Below are positions 44,120 through 55,300 of a DNA stretch of 64,000 bases, in pieces. The DNA comes from Macrostomum lignano (Eukaryota). The notes under the pieces were generated by a model. The model was not told the origin of the DNA and ran no database searches. It was given only the letters and a program-made list of their open reading frames with translations. Position 1 is the stretch's first letter, and each line of letters opens with the position of its first letter. Location of the stretch: contig NIVC01003078.1 of assembly GCA_002269645.1 (NCBI GenBank), positions 57,126-121,125 on the forward strand, written 5' to 3'. A program made the position numbers and the translations under genes.

Positions 44120-44290
44120 GGTCTATCTCTCTCCCTTGGTCTATCTCTCTCCCTTGGTCTATCTCTCTCCCTTGGCCTATCTCTCCCTTGGTCTATCTCT
44201 CTCCCTTGGCCTATCTCTCCCTTGGCCTATCTCTCCCTTGGTCTATCTCTCTCTTGGTCTATCTCTCTCTTGGTCTATCTCTCTCTTGGC

Positions 44291-44350
<60 letters not shown>

Positions 44351-44373
44351 TGGTCTATCTCTCTCTTGGCCTA

Positions 44374-44451
<78 letters not shown>

Positions 44452-45625
44452 TCTATCTCTCTCCCTTGGCCTATCTCTCTCTTGGTCTATTTCTCTCTTT
44501 GTCTACCTCTCTCTCTTCGCCTATCTCTCTCTTGCTTGTCTCTCTCTATGTATCTCTCTTTGACTGTCTCTCTCTTAGTCTATCTCAGCTGTGTCTATCT
44601 GGGTATATCTCTTTTTCTGATAATGTTTTCTTCATTTTTATTTCCATCTACCTACCAGTATGTCTCACTGTTGTTTACTAATTCCAATTTCACCTGTTAG
44701 AAAAGTTGTAGCAATCAGACTAATAGCCATGTTAGAAAAAGATTGCAAGTAGGGTAATGACTTTTGGGATATCTGCATGATGATTACGGGATCTAGAATC
44801 AAACTTTATGCTTGTTATTCCATTAATGGGCAAATGGGTGTAGTCAGTAGGTTACTTCGTATGCAAGCTTTCTTCATTTATTCATTCAGTTCAAGTATGC
44901 GCGCCATGGATGATAAAAGCAGTCCTAACCAAGTCTCTGCATTTAGTGATCCATGGTGCACCGGTTGGAGATCTCGTACAGCCAGGGATCGAGAGATAGC
45001 CAAGGCCATGAAAATCGCTCTATCTCCCAAATCCCATTCACCCAACCCCAACTCCCAAAGCAGAGATCTGCCTGCTGGCATGTTCCTCGCTCAATTCATG
45101 CAAGTCAGTTTCTCGTCTCTCCCTCCCTCCCCGGGGGTCCCTGGATGGGGAACACGATCCCTCTGCACGCGACGAGGAGTTCTAGAATAAATATATCATT
45201 AAATTATGGATCTATGAATTATGGATCCACCATAGAGAAAACATTGTTTAAATATAGGAGTCAAAATAAACACTAGATTCAATTGGGAATGGTGTATTTG
45301 TCACAGTAATTCGGTTAGCCAGTGGTATCCTTGTCGTATTCGGTCGTATTTTACAATAATTGATAGTAATTCATGCTATTCCAGATCACTGATCCTAGTT
45401 GTCCTTGGCCGGGTCAACGTACATTTTTTCGCCCTTCCTTCTCTCTACCCTTCCACCCTGTCTCTCCCCTTCACGCCTGCAGTGTCCACGCAAAGGCTGT
45501 TCAACCCCAACCCTTCCCTAATCCTCTTCCCCTTTCCCACAATGTACTTAGCCAAACCATTTTCCTTTCTCCCTCTCCAGGCAGTTCCCAAAAAGCAATG
45601 CTGCTGCTCAGAGTCATATAACTGA
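38998..45625 (+). CDS. Speculative small orphan spliced gene (about 115 aa)
   Basis: Exon 38998-39086 ([29 protein letters not shown], donor GTGAGT) joins in phase to 44890-45103 and 45581-45625 ([14 protein letters not shown]); no recognised homology. Confidence 0.3.
39205..39830. repeat. 21-bp pyrimidine-rich minisatellite CTACTCTCCTCTGTCCCCTCC
   Basis: Tandem units fading into a CT-rich tract. Confidence 0.92.
40955..43045. repeat. 21-bp minisatellite CCCCAATCAAAGACACATTAT
   Basis: About 99 units; source of the IGDNVSL pseudo-ORFs. Confidence 0.96.
43480..44600. repeat. 18-bp TTGGCCTATCTCTCTCTC repeat plus (CT)n
   Basis: Tandem units interleaved with long (CT)n runs. Confidence 0.93.
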
Positions 45626-46162
45626 ACCAAGCTGGCCCTGCTGCAGACTGTAGTGTTTGAGGGGGGGGGGGGCTATGCCTGAGCGACAGGGTGGCAGAGA
45701 GGAGAGGGAGACACGGAGACAAAAACGGAACGGGGGGTTGATGAAGTGCAGGGGAGGGGGGTAGAAGTGGTCCCTGGGGTTGCCCACACTGTACAAGCTA
45801 GGCAGCTTGGCCGATTTCACCGCGCTCTTCTCTTCCCTCTCTCTCTCGCTCTGTCGCTCTCCGCCGTTCGTTCCAGTAAACCCTTTACCGCAAACCCCTT
45901 CGTTTCTCCTCTCCTCTCCTCTCCTCCTCGCTCTCTCGCTGTCTTTTCCCCCTCCGTCTGCAGTCGCCCACCATATTAATCACCCACCTGCGAGCCCCAA
46001 CCCCCAATCCCAATCTCTCCCCTCTAACAGACAGAAATTCATTCATTTCTCATTGCTCTCCACTCGCCCTTGTCATCTAAGCTCTTTCTATTCCGTTAGA
46101 CAAGTTAATCTGTCGTGTCATCCAAAAAAGTCACAATTACAAGCAAAACCTTACCGACAATT

Positions 46163-46386
46163 ATGTCTCTACTCGTTGATGAGAACAGTTTCGGAGAGAC
46201 GTCCACCGATCCGGACGAACCACAGACGCGAAACACCTTCAACGCAGCTTCGTGCACCGTCAAGTACGTCACTGTCTACTTGGACAGGGCCGAGGTCTGT
46301 CGGATTCTCCGACCGAAGGTGCACGCTGGTGAAAATGAAATCCTTGTTCGAGGACTGACGCCCGCTATTGATAAGGATTCCATCAG
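46163..46386 (+). CDS. DUF4140/4139 gene exon 1
   Basis: ATG 46163 MSLLVDEN...VTVYLDRAEV...DKDSI-AG|gtgagg. Confidence 0.85.
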
Positions 46387-49300
46387 GTGAGGAAGCACTT
46401 TAAAAGCATTTGTACCGATTGGCTTTGGTCTTTTTGGCACCTGCTTCATAAATGCATCATATCCATCAACGTTTCAAATAGTTCCATCAATATTTCAAAT
46501 GGTTCATCAATATTTAAAATGGTCCATCAACGTTTCAAATGGTCCATCAATATTTCAAATGGTCCATCAACGTTTCAAATAGTTCCATCAATATTTCAAA
46601 TGGTTCATCAATATTTAAAATGGTCCATCAACGTTTCAAATGGTCCATCAATGTTTCAAATGGTCCATCAACGTTTCAAATAGTTCCATCAATATTTCAA
46701 ATGGTTCATCAATATTTAAAATGGTCCATCAACGTTTCAAATGGTCCATCAATATTTCAAATGGTCCATCAATGCTTCAAATGGTCCATCAATATTTCAA
46801 ATGGTCCATCAATGCTTCAAATGGTCCATGAATGTTTCAAATGGTCCATCAATGCTTCAAATGGTCCATCAATGCTTCAAATGGTCCATCAATGCTTCAA
46901 ATGGTCCATCAATGCTTCAAATGGTCCATCAATGCTTCAAATGGTCCATCAATGCTTCAAATGGTCCATCAATGCTTCAAATGGTCTATCAATGCTTCAA
47001 ATGGTCCATCAATGCTTCAAATGGTCTATCAATGTTTCGAATGGTCTATCAATGTTTGAAATATCCATCAACATTTAATGGTCTACTGTGCCTCAATCAA
47101 TGCCTCCAAACCTCCCATTCTTAGCCGTTCAGTGAAATATTTCAAAACATATCCTTCAGTCCCATATTAAAACCATGCAGTGACACAAACCGTCTCAGTG
47201 GCACATAAGCTGTTTCCATTATGATCCTTAAGTGACACCACCTCTTGCTTTGATCCTTCGTAACAAGGTAAAAAAGCAACTGTCTGAGAATATGAATTTT
47301 CAGTGACGCACTCAAACAGTGACTCGTGCAAAAACAATCCACACCAACTTCCCCTCCCCAACCAGAGTGGAAGTCAAGGGCCCCGCCACCATCGCCGACG
47401 TCTCATTTGTTGCTAAGTACAATCGCGACGACGAAGAGAAGAAGGCGGCTCTCCGCGCTCAGACTCAGGCTTCGCTGGCTGCCGAGCAGCGCGCTTTAGA
47501 GAGCCTCGCCAATCGACAGGTTCGGCTGTTGAAACAGCGCGACGTACTAAACAGCTACGCCGACACGCTGATCAAGAAGCCCGAGCCAGCCAGTGGAAGC
47601 GGCGCCGCCGGCCCCTCGGCCTCCGGGGCCGCCGCTGATGCCACCGAGAGTCAGGTGAATGGTTGGGGTAACGTGATCATCAGGACTAAATTTGTCACAT
47701 GGTCTGGACAAACTTGTCTCATGGTTGGGACAAAAAGGTCTCATAGTCCATATACTAAAAGTGGCTCATCGTCGGGACTAAAAGTGTGTCGTGGTTGGGA
47801 CTAAAAGTGTGTCGTGGTTGGGACTAAAAGTGTCTCATGGTTGGGACTGAAACTGTCTCATAGTCAAGACTAAAAGTGGCTCATCGTCGGGACTAAAAGT
47901 GTCTCGTGGTTGGGACTAAAAGTGTCTCATGGTTGGGACTGAAACTGTCTCATCGTCGGGACTAAAAGTGTCTCATCGTCGGGACTAAAAGTGTGTCATC
48001 GTCGGGACTAAAAGTGTCTCACGTTTGGGACTGAAAGCGTCTCATAGTCAAGACTAAAAGTGTCTCATCGTCGGGACTAAAAGTGTCTCACGGTTGGGAC
48101 TGAAAGTGTCTCATAGTCAAGACTAAAAGTGTCTCATCGTCGGGACTAAAAGTGTCTCACGGTTGGGACTGAAAGTGTCTCATAGTCAAGACTAAAAGTG
48201 TCTCATAGTCAAGACTAAAGGTGCCTCATCGTTGGGATAGACAGTGTCTCTTAGACATCTCTATGTCCTAGTAGCGGTTTCTTATCATTCGGAAAAATTT
48301 TGCAAAGATGCTCATTGCTAAAAAAGCCATTCCTTGCAGGACAACGCCTCCAAGTCAACCGGTGGCAACAACAACTTGCACGCCGCAATCGACGCCTTCG
48401 ACCCGAAGCACATGGACACGCTGAACAGCTTCTTTGATCTGTACGAGAAGCAAGCCGGAAAGTTGGACGACGATCTGCAGGAGACCAAAGTGAAAATTCA
48501 AGCTAAAGAGGAGGCCATTAAAGTGCTCGAACGTCAGCTGCGCGACATTGAAGCTCGTTATGCTGAACTGCAGAGCCGGTAAGTCACTTTGTATAAATGT
48601 TTCAAGTCTTTAAATGCGTATACTCAATAATTAAAAGTATCTGGCAACAATAGAAATCCTGTTTGTTTTTTCAACTGCATTTCTTTCAAAGTTTCTTTAG
48701 CATTCAATGCATAAAATGAAACTGTTAGCACTGTGATGAACTTTTATTTATTAGAGAATGCACTTTGCTTAGTAGCCGTCAACGGCTGAGAATCCTATTG
48801 ATGTCTATGGACATTTGTACAGTTCAATTCGGTGGCTTAAAGAGTTGCCAAAATATAATTGAAAAGACCAAGCGTCTGCAGAGTTAAGCTAAAGGCTGAG
48901 ACTCGATCAATTTTCTTACTCGTCCCAAAAAAACGAACACTGGCGACGACGGCTGGTCTTATCGAGCCTCTGGAGACAGAAGCCCCAGCGGAAATTGAGC
49001 GCTGGTTCCAACGCTTCGAAGCAGTTTCCAAGCTTAACAAGTGGGATGACACCGCTCAGAAGTTCGCCCTCATCGCACACCTCGGCAAGAAGGCCTTCGC
49101 ACTGTTGGCGGATGCGCTATTGCCAGATAAGCCTGACGCCAAGACCTACGCTGATCTGAAAACTCAGCTGATCAAGGAGACGAAAGCGGCGAAATCCGAG
49201 ATTGCATACCGGTACGCGTTCCATCACCTCAAGCAGGACGACGGCGAAGACGTTTCTGCCTACGCAAGAAGGCTGCGACTGGGTTCGGAGAACTGCGGCT

Positions 49301-52300
49301 TTTCAACCGCCGAACTGAATGACCGCCTGCGGGACCAATTTATCTTCGGATTGTCGAACAAGGAGATCGTCAGAAAGTTGCTCACGGAGAAACTGAAAGA
49401 TCTGACGTGGGAAAAAGTAACTACGGTGGCCAATGCATGCGAGGCCGTAAGTCGCGGCGAGAGACAAATCTCAGGAGGCGAAATTCTACATGTCAAGTCA
49501 GATCCTCCTTCGACATCGAAAGCCCACAAGCCAGCGTACCAGAAAAGCGACCAGAAGAACGGCCAATTGTGCCAAGTCAAGTGCTTCTGCTGCGGCAAGG
49601 AAGGACATACAAAGGACCAGTGCCACCACCGGACTAAGACATGCCTTCAGTGTGGTAAGGTTGGTCATCTCAAAGCAGTTTGCAGGTGCGGACCGAACAA
49701 AGGTGGACAACGGCCTTCAACGAGCAACAAATGGTCACAAGGAGGCGGACGGCATCCAAGGAGCAGAGTCAGAGCAATCGACGATGCAGCTGATCAAGTC
49801 GGGCACATTTTCTCGATGATGACGCCGGAAGATGGTCGTGGAAGCAGAAGGATAACGCGACATGTAGTAGTCAATGGTACGAAAATCAAGATGCTACTGG
49901 ACACCGGGTCGTGCTCAACGTTCGTGTCAAGCTCGGTGTTTCAAAGCCTACTCGAACCAGCAAATGTAAGGCCCACAAGCAGACGATTCGCTGCGTATCA
50001 AGGGGATCCAGTGCTAGTGAAAGGCGAAGCTATTGTGAACGCCAAGCTAAACTCAGTAAGTTCCGACCTAACTCTGTTTGTGGTGGACAACCCAAAAGCC
50101 GAATCTATCTATGGCCTAGATTGGATTGCTGCCCTTGAGCCAGACCTCTACACTTTTATTACAAAATGTACGGTGCCTGAGGAAGACGGCTCGAATCCTA
50201 CAACGGCGTGCTCTGTAAAAAGATTTTCTGTATCATTGGCCATTGAGGCGGGAGCAAAGCCCATCTTTTTTAAACCTCGGCAAATTCCATACGGGATTCA
50301 GGACGATGTCAAGGCCGAGTTGAAGAGAATGGAAGAGGCTGGACAGCTCCAGAAGGTGGAATCCAGCGAGTGGGCTACACCCATTGTCTGTGTTCGAAAG
50401 CAGTCTGGAAAGGTTCGGATTTGTGGTGACTACAAGGTTACCCTCAACCCACTGCTGAAAGACATGGTGTCAACAACGCCCACAATTGACGAAGTTCTGT
50501 CAAAACTAGGCCGTGCCCGCCGATTCTCTACGTTGGATCTATCAAATGCGTACCTCCAAGTACCGGTGGATGAAGACAGCAGCGTGATGCTGACGTGGAG
50601 CACTCCGTTCGGCTTATACAGGCCCACTGCATTGGCATATGGAGTAAAGCAAGCACCAGCAATTTTTCAGTCATTCATGGACAGGTTGCTTCTAAACATA
50701 GAAGGTGTCATTTCCTACCAAGATGACATTCTTGTGTGGGGTTTCAACCAACAGAGTCATGACAACAGACTGTCCAATGTGCTACGAATTTTAAAGGAGA
50801 GTGGACTGAGCATTAACGAGGAGAAATGCACTTTTAACAAGCCATCTATCATGTTCCTGGGATATGAGATCAGTGAAAACGGCATTCGTCCACCACCAAA
50901 GAAAGCCAAGGAGATTGCAGGATTAGAAGAGCCAAAGAATCTCAAGCAGCTGCAGTCATTTATCGGGATGGTCGATTTCTACGGACGGTGTATCAAGAAT
51001 CTCGCGAGCCTGAAAGAACCTCTAACGAAACTGACCAGGTCAGGAACGAAGTGGGCATGGGGCCCAATCGAGCAGAGAGCCTTTCAGAGCATCAAGGACG
51101 AACTACACAATGCAGTCGCTCTCAAGCCTTTTGATCCATCAGATAAGATCGTTCTCACTACTGACGCGTCACCATCGGGACTTGGTGCAGTCCTCGAGCA
51201 GTCGTCTGGGCCCGTAATATTCATTTCAAAGACTCTAACTCAAGCAGAGCGCAACTATGCTCAAACTGAACGCGAGGCCCTCGCCATTGTATGGGCTGTG
51301 AAGCGCTTACACAAGTATTTGCTGGGACACAAGTTCGTCATTCGCACAGACCACCAACCGTTAAAGTTCATCTTTGATCCTGGCAGATCCTTGTCAACTG
51401 TTGCTGCAGCGAGAGTGCAACGCTGGGCAATCACTTTGATGAGCTACGAATACGCCATTGAGTGCAAGAGATCTGCTGAGATTCCCGTGGCCGATGCCCT
51501 GTCAAGACTGCAGAACAGCACGTCTGAAGGAGAGCAGTTTGACATTAGCTCAGTGCAGGACTGCCTACTAGATTTTCCAATCAACAAGGAGCGTTTGAGA
51601 AGACAATCGAAAGAGGATTCAGAGCTCCGGAAGTTATTCGCTCAAGTCAAGTTTGGCTGGAATGCAGAAGGACTTCGAGAACTACAACAGTTTAGCCGAT
51701 TCAGGGACGAGTTAGTCATTGAGAATGGATTGCTGTACAGAGGTATTCGGCTGGTTGTACCAAAGCAGGAGCGTTCTGCAACTTTGCGATTGCTGCACGA
51801 AGGACACATCGGACCAGAAAAGATGAAATCCATAGCTAGAAAATGCGTCTGGTGGCCTGAAGTAGATCGAGACATCGAAAAGTATGCGAAAGGATGTAGT
51901 TCGTGCCAGGAAAACAAGGATCATGGGGCCACCCGACAATGGACTTCGTGGCCGGATGAGACCGAATGCTGGTCAAGAGTTCACATGGACTACGCAGGGC
52001 CTATGAAGGGAGGAAACTACATGTTGGTACTGATTGATGCGTTCAGTAAATGGGCTGAAGTTCACGTGACTAAGGGAACCACTTCATCTGAGACAATCAA
52101 GCGACTGCGAAGAACGTTCGCCCAAGAAGGCGTGCCCGTGACTATTGTTTCCGACAATGGACCTCAATTTGTATCGAAAGAAATGCAAGGTTGGTTAAAA
52201 GGAATCAACTGCCGACATGTTCTCACACCACCGTATCATCCAAGGTCAAATGGACTGGCCGAGCGCTTTGTGAGAGATTTAAAAAATCACGTCCGAGCCG

Positions 52301-55300
52301 CTGAAGAAGACGACCTTCAGAGTTGCGTCGACCGGTTTCTGCTTCAATACCGGAACGCGAAACATTCTACGACCGGAAAATCGCCCTCTGAGCTGATGAG
52401 AGGTCACCTACTTCGCACCCCTGCATTTTCTCTGGCACGTGAGCCAGTCTGGGTGAAAACCTACAACAACGAGATGACAAAGTGGAAATCTGGCGAAGTG
52501 GTGGCAACAGAGGGAAAGGTTGTGGTCGACGTTGAGCTGGAGGACGGAAGGCGTGGACGCTACCATCGTGAACAGACAAAGCCAAGGAGTTCCGGTTCCG
52601 ATGACCTGGTGGAGACGCAGACTGAAGAACATGTGCACACGGATCAAGAGTCTGGTCTTCGGAGAAGTAATCGCCATCGGCAAGTACCAAGGCGACTTGA
52701 GTACCGCAAGCTTGGTGTACCTACCTAGCTGTTAACTAATGGGAAGGAGTGTTAGCACTGTGATGAACTTTTATTTATTAGAGAATGTACTTTGCTTAGT
52801 AGCCGTCAACGGCTGAGAATTCTATTGATGTCTATGGACATTTGTACAGTTCAATTCGGTGGCTTAAAGAGTTGCCAAAATATAATTGAAAAGACCAAGC
52901 GTCTGCAGAGTTAAGCTAAAGGCTGAGACTCGATCAATTTTCTTACTAGTCCCAAAAAAACGAACAGAAACTTTAGCTATGAAACGTTCCTTTCCGGTGC
53001 CTTATTCGTGAATTCCCTTCACCGGTGTAGGGTTCCATGAGTGTGTATATACTTCAATTGAACTTTCATGGCCAAATGTACTTAGATATTTGTAAATACT
53101 TATTAGGAAGCCACGTGTCCTGCAGGGTAATAGCTTTGCGGAAAATAAATTCCATGCAGACACAATAGCAATTCAGGACACCAGACAGCCAGTTGTTAAA
53201 CAAAAAACACGGGCCATTCCGAACAAGAAGTACATCTCGCATTCCAGTTTTCTGGATTTTCAATATATGCAATTCACTCGCTATACTTGCGCGCTTGGAA
53301 GCCACAGCAACGTCCACAAGAACGCCGACGGTGCCATAAAAAAACTTGTATTTCCATACAGTCATGATAGTTTCCTGCGTGCAGCAGCATCGTGGGAACT
53401 CGCGCTATCTCTCTCTCTCTCTCTCTGCCCCGTTTCATGAACAGCGTTCGGAACCTCCCCCGAGGGAGACGATGCTGACGAAAGGCTGTGCAAAAAAAGC
53501 CAGAGAGAATGAGAGAGAAGAGAGAAATATGACTATTAGACGGTTGCCCGGCTTCCGTAGAATTACAGCAACGGCTGCAGCTCCGGCGCACAACGCGCAA
53601 GCAGACGCGAAAGCAGCCAAACACAGCGGGAAGCCAGCTCGGTTGGAAATTGTTCGGGGATTGATGCGGCATGCGGGAGGCTGGGAGAGAGAGAGAGAGG
53701 GGAACTAGTGGAGATAGGCTACAGCTGGGGCGGCCAGGGTAACGCAGCCAAGCGTTATTGATTTTTTTGACGCGTGCACTTCGGTTCCGAGTGGTTTTCC
53801 GGTGCCAGTTCAGCGCGTATCCTGCACAGTGCATTATGATATTATAATATTATTATAATATTATTTTAGCAACGTAGTGCAGTCAGCACAGTGCTACTAG
53901 AACTATACTTCTGCGGTAGATCATTTTGTGTGACTCTGCTTCGGTTTTATATGCAAGAATCTCATTATTTAGATTTGCATTCCACGCTTAGGGATATGAT
54001 ACATTGCCCGCTTAAAATAATCCTGAATTTATTATCTTCATCCTCAGGGAGGTATCTGTGGTTCTGGAAAGCCAGGAGGCCACCCAGCTTGAGTTGCACT
54101 TCTCCTACGTGGTGTCGAGGGCTCGATGGAGTCCGAAGTACGACATCCGTGTGTTCAGCAACGAGTCCGCTATGAAGGTAAGGCATAGAGACTGACGCTT
54201 TGTGAGACAAGTCTATATTCTATATTAGCAGGAATGTTCTAGGCATTCTAGAGCAATGCGTTCGACGACATCCGCTAACTCGTGCACACATGCAAGCGCG
54301 TCAATACTGTACGATGGCACACACTCATACACACTCACACAGGGTGTACAGCGATCCTGTCTTTCCCATCGTCGCCCCAGGTACTTCCGCATACTCTGCC
54401 CTTTAATCCCTTGTAGATAATCTACTACGGCATGGTGCAGCAGAACACCGGAGAAGACTGGGAGAACGCGCAGATCTCGCTGAGCACCAGCATGCCTGGT
54501 GTGGGCGGTACCGTACCGCCGCTCACGGTTCAAAAGGCTCACTTCAAGTCTAACAAGCCGTAAGATTAAAATAAATCTAAGTAATCCAGCTTATAAATCT
54601 GAATTATGATTTAAGGGACAGTCTTGAACAGCAGCGTAGTTTTACATGGTTCCTTATTGAGGTTATTAACATGAGCTCAACAGTACAACCATTTCAGCAG
54701 AACACTTCCTAATGATAGTTGAAGGCTCTTCAGTGTTAGAATACCTTTATTTTGTGTTCCTGTCTATTTTTAAAGTGCTACCAATATCCTTGTCTCATCT
54801 AAATTTGCGTTAAACTTATTTGTGTACACACGTATTCTGTTATCTAATTGTGCGAAGAGCATTTGGCTCCTGATTCGAAACTGGCCTTGAAGTCACAGTA
54901 TTCGACAATTATCTTGTACAGGGGTCAAAACTGGGGTTGTCGAGAATTGAGCTATGTTTCAAGTAGTGCGTAGTCGTTATAATGTAGTTAATATATGTAA
55001 AATTGCAATCAGTGTTTTGCTAGCTAATGTTGTCTACAAGCAATGCTAATTGTAGTGGATAACGCACAGTCGCACCAACTATTTCTAGCAATTCTATATA
55101 ATTTAGTTCCAGTTTAATCTGATCTGCGCCACGCGTACGTTAGTTATAGCCTTTGTTTTAACAAAATTAATGCGGTCGTATACGTACGCTCGTAGTAGTC
55201 AAGCCACTTGAGGAAAACCGAGTGAATCCCGGTCCTGCGGTTTTAGATGCTCCAATACACCCTACACTGACATGAAGTTGTCCGCTCTCTGACGCCCCTG

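Larger units (their letters stand above)
48723..52966 (+). mobile_element. Full-length Ty3/Gypsy LTR retrotransposon (Mag-like), 4244 bp, in intron 3 of the DUF4139 gene
   Basis: 217-bp TG...CA LTRs at 48723-48939 and 52750-52966 with 3 mismatches; 5-bp TSD GAAAC (48718-48722, 52967-52971); PBS TGGCGACGA 48941-48949; PPT GGGAAGGAG 52741-52749; single gag-pol ORF. Confidence 0.98.

Noticed and set aside
48859-48939. TTG start of gag-pol given by the ORF track
   Set aside because: It lies inside the 5' LTR upstream of the PBS; the in-frame extension is probably incidental.
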